Shown: positions 44,807-54,123 of the stretch, piece after piece | Position numbering within the stretch: position 1 is the stretch's first letter | Layout of the letters: each line of letters begins with the position of its first letter | From: Candidatus Brennerbacteria bacterium | Lineage (GTDB): Bacteria > Patescibacteriota > Minisyncoccia > UBA6257 > GWB1-50-10 | Reading direction: 5' to 3' | Assembly (NCBI GenBank): GCA_016183535.1 | Contig: JACPEK010000004.1 | Coordinates: forward strand, 73,013 to 137,012 | DNA: 64,000 nt | Translations under genes and position numbers: made by a program | Notes under the pieces: generated by a model | What the model was told of the DNA's origin: nothing | What the model saw: only the letters and a program-made list of their open reading frames with translations | Database searches by the model: none

Positions 44807-45811
44807 GGCAAGGCCGATTTTCTTTTTTACTTCCACCATTTTTTTCTGTGCAACCTTTATGGCGATTCGGGTTCCTTTTGTAAATGTGGTTTTCGCGGCG
44901 ACGGCGGAGATTTTCTTTTTTGTTGTCTGATATGAAACGAGCGTTTTCACTGCCACGTTCGCAAGATCGTCCTTGAAATCAGCATAGCCCTTTCCTGTGT
45001 AGCGCCTTTCGAGCGCGGGAATACTTTCCCCTGAAAGCGAAGAATAGATGAGAAGGAGATTGGAGACACCCGGTTTATCCTTTTCATCATATTTAATCTC
45101 TCTCCCGGAATCGGTGGTCGCGCGACTGAATTTCGCCCGGATCTCCGCGAGAGAATCGTCCATAAAAAGACACCCCGCGGGGCGCGATTTGGACATTTTC
45201 TTTGCGGGGTCATCCAAGCTCATGAGGCGGGGAACATCCGTATGAAGCGCTTTCGGTTCCACGAACGTTTTGCCGAAGCGGACGTTAAACTTGCGTGCGA
45301 GGGTTCGCGCGAGTTCCAAATGCTGGTCTTGGTCATCGCCGACCGGCACCACTGCCGCGTCGTAGAGGAAAATGTCTGCCGCCATGAGGATAGGATATTC
45401 AGCGAGACCAAAATTGGATCGCTCGACGACCTCCTCAAACGTTTCCTTCTTTCCTAATTTTTGAATCACTTTTTCCTTGAATGCAGTCATGCGCATCAGC
45501 TCGCTCACCGGAGTGAATGTGGCGAGAACCTGGGCGAGCTCTTGGGGAAAGGATGTGGCAGACTGTATGAAAAGCGTTGATTTCCGGGGGTCTAATCCCG
45601 CCGCAAGGAAAGCGCGCATAAGGTTTTCGATGTTTCCCTTCAACTCTCTTGGATCGGGATTTTGGGTGAGCGCATGGAGATCGGCGATGAAAAAGAAGCA
45701 CCGATATTTTCCGGAGTTCTGGAGTTCGACAAAATGTTTTAAGGCGCCGAGGTAGTTTCCGAGATGGAGTGCGCCTGTAGGCTGGATTCCGGAGACAAGA
45801 ATGGGTTTCAT
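44804..45811 (-). CDS. trpS: Tryptophan--tRNA ligase
   Basis: 'SGIQPTGALHLGNYLG', 'YPILMAADI', 'VPVGDDQDQHLE', 'KMSKS'. Confidence 0.97.
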   Translation of the reverse strand: MKPILVSGIQPTGALHLGNYLGALKHFVELQNSGKYRCFFFIADLHALTQNPDPRELKGNIENLMRAFLAAGLDPRKSTLFIQSATSFPQELAQVLATFTPVSELMRMTAFKEKVIQKLGKKETFEEVVERSNFGLAEYPILMAADIFLYDAAVVPVGDDQDQHLELARTLARKFNVRFGKTFVEPKALHTDVPRLMSLDDPAKKMSKSRPAGCLFMDDSLAEIRAKFSRATTDSGREIKYDEKDKPGVSNLLLIYSSLSGESIPALERRYTGKGYADFKDDLANVAVKTLVSYQTTKKKISAVAAKTTFTKGTRIAIKVAQKKMVEVKKKIGLA

Positions 45812-45842
45812 GGGAATCAGTATAAATGGTCAGCATAAAAAG

Positions 45843-45876
45843 GAAAAACCGTCACGGTATTTTGTGACGGTTTTTC
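45843..45876. terminator. Terminator after rnj
   Basis: GAAAAACCGTCAC..GTGACGGTTTTTC. Confidence 0.65.
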
Positions 45877-45891
45877 GTTCGCTCTTTTTGG

Positions 45892-47790
45892 TTAAATTTC
45901 AATAATAACGGGCAACACCATTGGCCGGCGTTTGGTTTTTGTGAACAAAAACTGGCCGATTTGGTCGCGAACGAGAGTTTTCACGTAGTCGGCGTCCACC
46001 GGCTGGTAGTGGGGGATGCGCCCGACGATGCCGCGAATGCGTTTTCGGATCTCGTCGAGCATTCCCTGATGTTCCTTGAGATAAATGAAGCCGCGCGAGA
46101 TGATATCGGGGTTTTTCAGGATCCGCCCGTCGCGCTTCGAGAGTGTGACGATAATAACAATCATGCCTTCCTGCGCGAGGGTCAGGCGATCCCGCAAGAC
46201 CACCTCGCCCACGTCGCCCACACCCAATCCGTCCACCATGACATAGTAAGCGGGTACCTCTTCGCCGGTGAGGCGGATGCCTTGTTTTGAAATCTCGACC
46301 ACAAGGCCGTTGTCGGCCACCACCGTGTCGTGCGGCTTGAGCCCCAACATCTCCTGCGCGAGTTTGGCGTTCCGCCAGCGCATGAAGTAGTAACCATGGA
46401 TGGGGAGAAAATGTTTCGGTTTCACGAGGCCCATCACCGCCTTCAACTCCTCCTGCGGCGCGTGGCCCGAGGAGTGAATATCAAGCATCTTATGATGGTA
46501 GATCAAGGCGCCCTGCCGCGCGAGGTTGTCCTTCAAGTTTTGTACGCTCCGTTCGTTTCCCGGCACCACCGAAGAAGAAAGCACCACCGTATCGCCGGGT
46601 TTGATCCTTACCTGCTTGTGCTCGCCGTTCGCGATCCGCATAAGCGAGGCGTTCGGCTCACCCTGCGCACCCGTCGAAAGGATCATGACTTTTTCGTCTT
46701 TGTGTTTCCCTATCTCTTCCAAGGGAATGATAGTTTCCTTGTTGAATTTGAAATAGCCGAGGCGTTGGGCGATCTGCACATTCGATTTCATGGAGTAGCC
46801 GGAGAGCGCTACTTTGCGACCCAGCTTTTCGGCAATTTTTACGATCTCACCCAGACGGTCAAGGAGCGACGCGAAGGTGCCCACGATGATGCGACCCCCT
46901 GCGGATTTGAAGAGTTTCTCGAGCTCGGCCTCCACGATGCGCTCCGAGAGAGCGTAGCCGGGCACCTCCGCGCCGGTCGAATCGAGCATGAGGGTGTGAA
47001 TACCCTGCGCGCCGACCCACTTCCACGTGTCGAGGCCCCGGGGCTTCCCCTCGTGGTCATAGTCGAATTTAAATTCTCCCGGGTGGACGATGTTCCCCAC
47101 CGGCGTTTCGAGAATAATACCGATGCCTTCCGGAATGTTGTGCACGACGTCGAAGAATCGCGCGGAGAAATAATTGCCGAGCTTGTGCGTTTCCCCGCCC
47201 TTCACCAGCACAAAATTCGGCTTCGGTGAATTCGGAAAGTCATCCTGCCGTTTCATCACAATCTCTTTTGTGAGCGAGGTGGCGTAGATCGGCGGGTTGC
47301 CGAGTTTATCCAAAAGGTAGGGGACGGCGCCGATGTGATCGTAGTGGCCGTGCGTGATAATGGCGGCCTTGATATTCCGTTTCTTTCCTTCGAGATAGGT
47401 GACGTTGGGGATGATGTAGTCGATGCCGGGCGTCTCTTCTTCGGGGAATTGGAGCCCCATGTCAATAATGACAATCTCGTCTTTATACTCGAAAAACATC
47501 ATGTTTCTGCCGATTTCCTCGAGTCCGCCCAAAGCGACGAAACGCACCGCATCGGGAGAGGCCGGCGTCTGATGTGCAAGCTCCGGACGGTGAGTGATCC
47601 TTCTCGCGGGTCGCGCCGCATCGCGGAATCCGCGACTCGCCCGTGCGGCGCCCGTGCGCGCGCCGGTGCCTTTCGCCGAAAACCGTCTTTCTTCCGTCGG
47701 ACGCGCGGAAACGCGCGCTCCGCGGGGAATTTCACGATCGGCGGCGCGCAAATCATCGCGACCGCCTTCGATATTTTTATTGGCTGTCAT
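45892..47790 (-). CDS. rnj: Ribonuclease J
   Basis: 'LGGLEEIGRNM', 'ITHGHYDHIG', 'TGAQGEP', 'HSSGH', 'TKRRPMVLPVI'; basic N-terminal extension. Confidence 0.96.
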   Translation of the reverse strand: MTANKNIEGGRDDLRAADREIPRGARVSARPTEERRFSAKGTGARTGAARASRGFRDAARPARRITHRPELAHQTPASPDAVRFVALGGLEEIGRNMMFFEYKDEIVIIDMGLQFPEEETPGIDYIIPNVTYLEGKKRNIKAAIITHGHYDHIGAVPYLLDKLGNPPIYATSLTKEIVMKRQDDFPNSPKPNFVLVKGGETHKLGNYFSARFFDVVHNIPEGIGIILETPVGNIVHPGEFKFDYDHEGKPRGLDTWKWVGAQGIHTLMLDSTGAEVPGYALSERIVEAELEKLFKSAGGRIIVGTFASLLDRLGEIVKIAEKLGRKVALSGYSMKSNVQIAQRLGYFKFNKETIIPLEEIGKHKDEKVMILSTGAQGEPNASLMRIANGEHKQVRIKPGDTVVLSSSVVPGNERSVQNLKDNLARQGALIYHHKMLDIHSSGHAPQEELKAVMGLVKPKHFLPIHGYYFMRWRNAKLAQEMLGLKPHDTVVADNGLVVEISKQGIRLTGEEVPAYYVMVDGLGVGDVGEVVLRDRLTLAQEGMIVIIVTLSKRDGRILKNPDIISRGFIYLKEHQGMLDEIRKRIRGIVGRIPHYQPVDADYVKTLVRDQIGQFLFTKTKRRPMVLPVIIEI

Positions 47791-47839
47791 CGTTTCTTTT
47801 ATTTTTTTTGTTTCGTTTCCGACTTTTGTTTTTTGTAGG

Positions 47840-47923
47840 TGGGCGAGAGAGGATTTGAACCTCCATGACCTTGCGGCCGCTAGGCCCTGAACCTAGTGCG
47901 TCTGCCAATTCCGCCACTCGCCC
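47840..47923 (-). tRNA. tRNA-Leu(CAG)
   Basis: GGGCGAG..CTCGCCC-A; anticodon loop TTCAGGG; long variable arm. Confidence 0.95.
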
Positions 47924-48084
47924 GGATTTTCAAATCGCGCGCACCGACCGCGCTTCCAGTATGAATATGCTACGAGGAACAAATGGAGAAGTTAAGCGTT
48001 AGAAAGATCGTAGCAGAGCGTTTTTGTGAAGTCAAACTACTCCTAAAACCACCACATAGTTCGGACGATCCGTCTTCGGCTGAT

Positions 48085-49674
48085 TTAGTCGAGCACGCGC
48101 ACCCGTGCCACGCTCCACGCGGAGACATTCAGAAACCGATCCGCGGGCGCCGCAAGCGATGTTTCCGGGAATCCGGTGAGCGCTTTAACGTGGACGTGCA
48201 CATAGGGGAGCGACACAAGAAATACGGCGGGAACATCTTCCGCGAGCGCGGATTCCGCCTCGCGCGCGAGCGTCCCCCTTCGCTCCGGATTTTCAATCTC
48301 ACGAATTCGCTCGAGGAGCGCGTCCATTTTTTTGCTCGCATAGAGAGAGAAATTTTGCCCTGCCGCGCCTCGGGAAGATGAGTGCCAGAGCGGATAGAGA
48401 TCGTCGGGGTTTGCGAAAACGTGCGGCGCGAGTACGAGTTCGTATGCGCGGGGTTCGAGCACTTCACGCCCGAAGCGGTTGGCGGAGACTTTTCTGATAG
48501 TGATATTCTGGATGCCGATCGCCCGCCAGTTCGATGAAATTATCTCGGCCGCCGCCACGAGCGCCGGTATATCAGGCACGGTGAGGACGAGCGCCCCGCT
48601 CCCGCTCCCTTTCGCTTTCGCGAGTGCGTCGCGGGCGCGCTCCGGATTATACGCAAGCGATGCCTGTTTTTCCGCCGCGCCGGGGAGATAAGGCGCCGCA
48701 CCCCCACGGAACGTTTCCGAAGAAATTCGCTCGCGGTTCACCGCGCGCGAGAGCGCGAGGCGGAAGGACCGATCAGTGAGGAGGTCGTTCGCCGAAGTGT
48801 TGATGAAAACCGCATAGTATCGCGGAAGGGGGTTACGGACCTCGCTCGCGCCTCCCGTCGCTTCGGAAAATTCAGGGAAGGGAGAGACAAACCCGAATCC
48901 GTGGATCTTCCTTAGCCGGAATGCGTCGAGGAGTGCGGGTGTATCTTCGAAGAATCGCACCCGGAAATCTTCAATGAAGGGAGCGGGGCCCGCGTAGCGG
49001 GGATTCGGCACGAGACGGTATTCACCGATGAAACCGTCACGAGATTTCGAGAAAGACTTTACGCGATATGGGCCGTTGCCGACGGGGGCGAGCGCATATT
49101 CCGAGAGATGGTAGTTTTTGAGCGGGATGCGTCCCCAAATGTGCGCGGGCACGATCGGGAGTCGCGCGAGTGTTTCCTTGAAAAACGCGTTTGGCGAAGG
49201 CAGAACGAGTTTCACCTGAAGCGCGCTTATCCGCTCCGCGTTCACTCCTCGAAGCGCGGCCGTAAACGGAGATTCAGCGGCGGGGTCTTGGGCCGTTTCC
49301 ACCGCAAATACCACATCGTCGCTCGTGAGCGGCGCACCATCGTCCCACGCAAGATCCTCCTTGAGTTTCAAGGTGTAAACCGACGCATCGTCATTCTGCT
49401 CCGCGCTTGCGAGAAGCGTTTGAAGCGGCGCGAAGAGGAGCGCGGCGAGGTCTTCATCCGCGTCGCTCGAAGAAATAAGCGGATTCACAATACTTGGTTG
49501 TCCCACCACGCCCTCGCGATAGGCGCCGCCGGCGACCGGTATGAGAATCGAACGGGTCGCGACCGTGACGATGAAGAGTCCCGCGGCGCTGGCCACAAAC
49601 GCGAACCCGCTCGCGGCGGCGGCCCATTTCTCATTCCGCGTGAAGGAGCGGAACACATTCCAGACAAAATTCAT
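48085..49674 (-). CDS. ABC transporter substrate-binding protein (family 5, peptide-type)
   Basis: 'GGAYREGVVGQP..NP', 'WDDGAPLTSDDVVF', 'PVGNGPY', 'YPLWHSS..NFSLY'; start ATG 49674. Confidence 0.9.
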   Translation of the reverse strand: MNFVWNVFRSFTRNEKWAAAASGFAFVASAAGLFIVTVATRSILIPVAGGAYREGVVGQPSIVNPLISSSDADEDLAALLFAPLQTLLASAEQNDDASVYTLKLKEDLAWDDGAPLTSDDVVFAVETAQDPAAESPFTAALRGVNAERISALQVKLVLPSPNAFFKETLARLPIVPAHIWGRIPLKNYHLSEYALAPVGNGPYRVKSFSKSRDGFIGEYRLVPNPRYAGPAPFIEDFRVRFFEDTPALLDAFRLRKIHGFGFVSPFPEFSEATGGASEVRNPLPRYYAVFINTSANDLLTDRSFRLALSRAVNRERISSETFRGGAAPYLPGAAEKQASLAYNPERARDALAKAKGSGSGALVLTVPDIPALVAAAEIISSNWRAIGIQNITIRKVSANRFGREVLEPRAYELVLAPHVFANPDDLYPLWHSSSRGAAGQNFSLYASKKMDALLERIREIENPERRGTLAREAESALAEDVPAVFLVSLPYVHVHVKALTGFPETSLAAPADRFLNVSAWSVARVRVLD

Positions 49675-49696
49675 GGTGAATCCGCGCGACGTCCCG

Positions 49697-49909
49697 TTAC
49701 GCGAGAAACAAATTGAGGAGCGCGAGGAGCGCGAAGAGCGCGACGGCGACGATGGTCGCATAGAAAATCCCTTTCTCCACCCCGCGCCGCGCGTAGTAGG
49801 GGGTGCCGCCCCCCCCACCGAAAATACCGGACATCCCTCCCGCGCGCTCCTGGATGAGCACGAGTCCTATGACGATAAGGGAAATGATGATTTGAAGAAT
49901 GGGCCGCAT
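49697..49909 (-). CDS. secG: Preprotein translocase subunit SecG
   Basis: 'LVLIQERAGGMSGIFGG..YYARRGVEK' between two TM helices. Confidence 0.92.
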   Translation of the reverse strand: MRPILQIIISLIVIGLVLIQERAGGMSGIFGGGGGTPYYARRGVEKGIFYATIVAVALFALLALLNLFLA

Positions 49910-49920
49910 AATATTGAGAA

Positions 49921-50010
49921 TAAACTCTAAATCCTAATATCTAAATCCTAAATGGTTCGAGGCACCCACCATCCTAAGTGTGGTCGAAGGATAAATTTGA
50001 AATTCTAAGG
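49921..50010. repeat. Heptamer repeat with an embedded TTCGA..TCGAA palindromic unit
   Basis: TAAACTC-TAAATCC-TAATATC-TAAATCC-TAAAT-GGTTCGAGGCACCCACCATCCTAAGTGTGGTCGAAGGA-TAAATT-TGAAATTC. Confidence 0.65.
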
Positions 50011-50026
50011 TTGCAATGATTTGTGT

Positions 50027-50386
50027 TTAGGATTTTGAGGGTTTTACCGTGTGGAGCACGACATTCACGAGACTCACGACGAGCGCCCCGAGAAGGAGCG
50101 CTTGGTATCCCTGAATGGTAACGGCGCCACTTATGGTGTCAAGCATGTAGAGTAGGAGTCCGTTCACTATAATCGAAAAGAGACCGAGGGTTACAACCAT
50201 GAGGGGACCGAAGAAAAGTTTCAGCACGGGTCGGAGGAAGAGATTCAAGGCGGCAAGGATAGCTGAAGCGCCGGCAAGGGAGGAAAAATCTCCCGCGGCG
50301 GCGAACCCCGGTATGAAAGAACTTGCCACGAAGAGCGCGACCATATTGGAAACGATGGAGAAAACGATGCGTCCGATAAATCCCAT
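50027..50386 (-). CDS. YvlD/phage-holin-family (superfamily IV) membrane protein
   Basis: 'LNLFLRPVLKLFFGPLMVVTLGLFSIIVNG'; 4 TM helices. Confidence 0.88.
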   Translation of the reverse strand: MGFIGRIVFSIVSNMVALFVASSFIPGFAAAGDFSSLAGASAILAALNLFLRPVLKLFFGPLMVVTLGLFSIIVNGLLLYMLDTISGAVTIQGYQALLLGALVVSLVNVVLHTVKPSKS

Positions 50387-50456
50387 GTCGCCTTTCAGTA
50401 TACCCTAGTATGTTGCGATGCAATGTTCGGGCGACCCGCGCACGCGGGTTAAGTCT

Positions 50457-52028
50457 CTAACTCTCGCGGAAATATGGGAGCAAGCTCACGCCGGTCATCT
50501 CGGGTGGCTTGGGAATCCTCATGAGGTCGAGGATGGTAGGTGCCACGTCGGCGAGAAACCCTTCAACTTGGTTTGCGCGCGGGCGGAGAGGATTTAAGCT
50601 TGCCGGTCCTAAAGACGGACGCGCGACTTCGGGCGCCACGAGCCAGCACGGCACGGGACTTGGATTGTGTTTTGTCTCCGGTTCCCCGGTTTTAAGATCA
50701 ATCAGCACTTCCGCGTTGCCGTGGTCGGCGGTGATGAGCGCCGCGTGCCCCCCCTCTTCGACTGCGGTAAGCAGGCGTCGGAGCTCACGATCGACGGTTT
50801 CGATGGCGGCGACGGTTGCGGCGTAGTTTCCTGTGTGGGCGATAATGTCCGGATTTGCATAGTTCATAAGAATAAAATCGAAGCTTCCTTCGCGGAGCGC
50901 AAGCATGGCGCGATCCGTCACGGCGCGAGCCATCATTTCCGGATGTGTGTCTTTGTGGAATGCCGAGAGGGAAGGCACGAGGATCCGAAATTCGTTTGGG
51001 AACGGTTCCTCGCGCCGGCCGTTGAAGAAATAAGTCACGTGAGCATATTTTTCCGTTTCGGCAATGCGGAGCTGGCGGAGACCATGCGCGGCGATAGTTT
51101 CGCCGAGAGAATGCGCCATGGGTTCCGCGGGGAAGGCGGCGCGCGCGGGAGAATGTTCGCGGTATGCCGTCATGGTGACAAAATACGCGTCTTCGAGTCG
51201 CGTGCGCGGGAAGGCGTTGAACGTGGGGGAGATGAACGCGTCGGCGAGCTGGCGGATGCTGTCCTCGCGGAAGTTGAAGAAAATGACCGTGTCGCCGCGC
51301 GCGACGGGGCGAAACTCCGGGAGTTTTCTCGGTTCCACAAACTCGTCGTTTAGGCCTTTCGCATACGTTTCTTGGAGCGCCGCTTCCCATGAGGCGGCGA
51401 AAGGCGCTTCGCCCGCGAGCGCGCGGTAGGCAACGGCGGTGCGATCGAAGTGACCGTCGCGATCCATACCGTAGTAGCGACCCCCGAGCGACGCAAGGCG
51501 GACATTCGGATGTGTCGCACTCGCCGCAAGCACTTTCGGAACGAGTGTCCGCGCTTCGCGAGGCGCGCTGTCGATGCCATCAGTCATGAGATGGAGCGCA
51601 ACCAACACCTCGGGATAGTCGTCCGCCATCCGAATGAGCGCCTCAAGGTGAGAGAACGAAGCGTGGACCAGTCCGCTCGTGAGAAGACCCACAAGATGGA
51701 GGGTACTGTGGCGCGCACGGGCGTGCGTGAACGCTCCGCGGAGCGCTTCGTTCTTCGTGAAGGTTCCCTGCGCGATTGCGCGCGTGATGCGTTCCGAATG
51801 CTGTTCGCTTGGGCGCCCCGCGCCGAGCGTAATATGCCCCGCCTCACTGTTTCCCTCTTCGTCCCAAGGGAGTCCCACCGCGAGGCCGGAAGCTTGGAGC
51901 GCCACGCCGGGGTAGCGCGTTTCGATGGTGGCGATGGTTTCTGGCCGCGCGGCGTAGATGGGGTTGCCCTGATCCGAAGGGCCGAGCCCCCACCCGTCGA
52001 GGATAGCAAGGAGATAAGTTCGTTTCAT
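50457..52028 (-). CDS. gpmI: 2,3-bisphosphoglycerate-independent phosphoglycerate mutase
   Basis: 'ILDGWG', 'GNSEAGH', 'GRYYGMDRD', 'AETEKYAHVTYFFNG', 'NPDIIAHTG', 'TADHGNAE'. Confidence 0.96.
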   Translation of the reverse strand: MKRTYLLAILDGWGLGPSDQGNPIYAARPETIATIETRYPGVALQASGLAVGLPWDEEGNSEAGHITLGAGRPSEQHSERITRAIAQGTFTKNEALRGAFTHARARHSTLHLVGLLTSGLVHASFSHLEALIRMADDYPEVLVALHLMTDGIDSAPREARTLVPKVLAASATHPNVRLASLGGRYYGMDRDGHFDRTAVAYRALAGEAPFAASWEAALQETYAKGLNDEFVEPRKLPEFRPVARGDTVIFFNFREDSIRQLADAFISPTFNAFPRTRLEDAYFVTMTAYREHSPARAAFPAEPMAHSLGETIAAHGLRQLRIAETEKYAHVTYFFNGRREEPFPNEFRILVPSLSAFHKDTHPEMMARAVTDRAMLALREGSFDFILMNYANPDIIAHTGNYAATVAAIETVDRELRRLLTAVEEGGHAALITADHGNAEVLIDLKTGEPETKHNPSPVPCWLVAPEVARPSLGPASLNPLRPRANQVEGFLADVAPTILDLMRIPKPPEMTGVSLLPYFRES

Positions 52029-52170
52029 CCGTTTCTATTGTAGCGTACCGCCGCCGTACCACCATGGAGCTCTTTTCCGTGATTGCTCCCGCGCGCGGCA
52101 CGAGGTATACTTTGGCGGTATCGTTCGTTTACTAAAGTGTCGAAACAATCAATTTATCGTTTTATAATCC

Positions 52171-53694
52171 ATGACATGGTCACCTTTGACGGCGACGGCG
52201 CTCGCGCTTGCGGCGCTTGTGGCCGGATATGCGATTCGACTTTGGACCGCGGGGCGCGCCGCGCGCGCCACGGCGGATGCCCACGCGCGCGAAGCTGATG
52301 CCGCGCGTGCGGAAGCGAAGGAAATAACGCTCTCTGCGAAAAGCGAAGCGACTTCTATTCTCGCGGAAGTCCAACGCGAAGAACGCGAGCGGAAACTGGA
52401 GATAAGGAAACTCGAAGAGCGCATCGCGAAGCGCGAGGACGATCTCCGCGAGGAGCGAAAAACACTTGATGCGGAATCCACGCGCCTCAAGAACGAAGAA
52501 ACCCGCGTCAGGACGCTTGAAGACGACGCCCACGCGGCACGCGAAAAAGCGGTCAAGGCACTCGAAGGTTTCGCGGGGCTCACCCGCGAAGAAGCCGCGC
52601 GGAAGCTTTTCGCGGAGATCGAAGCCTCATCGCGCGACGATCTCGCGAAAGCGATCGTTAAACTCGAACGGGAACGGCGTGACGCGCTTGAAGCGAAAGC
52701 GAACGAGGTTCTCACCTCGGTCATCCAGCGATACGCGCGCGATCATGTTGCCGAGATCACCACTACCGCGTTCGATCTTCCCGGAGAAGAAATTAAAGGG
52801 AAGATCATTGGGAAGGAGGGACGCAACATCCGGGCGTTCGAGCGTGCGACCGGCGTCGAGGTTATTATCGATGAAACGCCCGAGAGTCTCATTATTTCTT
52901 CGTTCGATCCGTACCGGCGCGAGCTCGCCAAAATGACTCTCGAGAAGCTTCTGAAGGATGGCCGCATTCAGCCGGCAAAGATAGAAGAAAAAACAGAAGA
53001 GGCGCGTGCGGAGCTTGATCAACGGGTCGAGAAAATCGGGGAAGACGCCGCAGCGGATCTCGGCATTTTCGATTTTCCGAAGGAAATCATCGCGCTCATC
53101 GGGCGACTCCATTTCCGCACCAGCTACGGGCAGAACGTGCTCCAACACTCGATTGAGATGACTCATCTTGCGGGGATGCTCGCGGCGGAGCTCGGCGCGG
53201 ATGTCGAAATCGCGAAGCGGGCGGCCTTGGTGCACGATATCGGAAAAGCGATTGACCACGATGTCGAGGGCACGCATGTCGAGCTTGGGCGGAAGCTTCT
53301 CAAAAAATGCGGCGTAGACGACCGCGTTGTGAAAGGCATGGAAGCGCATCACGAGGAGTATCCCTATGCGACGCCGGAGGCGTACATCGTGGCGGCGGCG
53401 GACGCGATCTCCGCCGCGCGGCCCGGGGCGCGACGTGACACACTCGAGAAATATGTGAAGCGCCTCGAAGCCATCGAGAAGACCGTGAAGGAGTTTGAGG
53501 GCGTGAACCAGGCTTATGCCATCGCCGCGGGGCGTGAAGTGCGGGTATTCGTGGTGCCGGAGAAGATTGACGATTTCGGCGCGCTTGAACTTGCAAAGAA
53601 AATTGCGGGGAAAATACAATCCGATGTGGATTATCCGGGCGAGATCAAGGTAACGGTGATCCGCGAGGTGCGGGCGGTGGAATATGCCCGATAG
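52171..53694 (+). CDS. rny: Ribonuclease Y
   Basis: N-terminal TM plus coiled coil; KH 'KGKIIGKEGRNIR'; HD 'RTSYGQNVLQHS..HDIGKA'; 'DYPGEIKVTVIRE'. Confidence 0.97.
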   Translation: MTWSPLTATALALAALVAGYAIRLWTAGRAARATADAHAREADAARAEAKEITLSAKSEATSILAEVQREERERKLEIRKLEERIAKREDDLREERKTLDAESTRLKNEETRVRTLEDDAHAAREKAVKALEGFAGLTREEAARKLFAEIEASSRDDLAKAIVKLERERRDALEAKANEVLTSVIQRYARDHVAEITTTAFDLPGEEIKGKIIGKEGRNIRAFERATGVEVIIDETPESLIISSFDPYRRELAKMTLEKLLKDGRIQPAKIEEKTEEARAELDQRVEKIGEDAAADLGIFDFPKEIIALIGRLHFRTSYGQNVLQHSIEMTHLAGMLAAELGADVEIAKRAALVHDIGKAIDHDVEGTHVELGRKLLKKCGVDDRVVKGMEAHHEEYPYATPEAYIVAAADAISAARPGARRDTLEKYVKRLEAIEKTVKEFEGVNQAYAIAAGREVRVFVVPEKIDDFGALELAKKIAGKIQSDVDYPGEIKVTVIREVRAVEYAR

Positions 53695-53784
53695 GGCCGG
53701 ATTGCTAGCATTGGCGCGGGGAATTATGGTATACTGCCTTTCGAAATCAAAGGTCGGAAGGGAAACATAAGAGAGTCTTGCAAT

Positions 53785-54060
53785 ATGAAAAAAGACGGAT
53801 TAGTGGAAGCGGTCATGAAAGCGGCCGGCGTGGAGACAAAAAAGCAGGCGCAAATGGCGGTGGAGGCGGTATTCGATGCCATTGTAAAAACAATGAGTCG
53901 CGGCGAAGAGGTCGCGATCAGCGGTTTCGGAACTTTCCGCGTGGCGAAGCGCGCCGCGCGCATGGGGGTAAATCCTAAGACAGGTGAGAAGATTCAGATT
54001 AAAGCATCCACAAAGCCAAAGTTTCGCGCCGGGAAACTTCTCAAAGAAGCGGTTCTTTAG
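53785..54060 (+). CDS. hup: DNA-binding protein HU
   Basis: 'ISGFGTF..RAARMGVNPKTGEKIQIKA..PKFRAGKLLKEAV'. Confidence 0.96.
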   Translation: MKKDGLVEAVMKAAGVETKKQAQMAVEAVFDAIVKTMSRGEEVAISGFGTFRVAKRAARMGVNPKTGEKIQIKASTKPKFRAGKLLKEAVL

Positions 54061-54084
54061 CTCTTTGTTTTTTCGAAAGCCTTG

Positions 54085-54122
54085 AAAAAATCTCGCCGGT
54101 CTTTTTGACCGGCGAGATTTTT
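54085..54122. terminator. Bidirectional terminator
   Basis: AAAAAATCTCGCCGGTC-TTTTT-GACCGGCGAGATTTTT; near-identical stem to 31418-31447. Confidence 0.75.
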
Positions 54123-54123
54123 G

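Noticed and set aside
50027-50386. Holin-family gene as a sign of prophage
   Set aside because: YvlD-type membrane protein in a housekeeping gpmI-secG context with no phage genes nearby.
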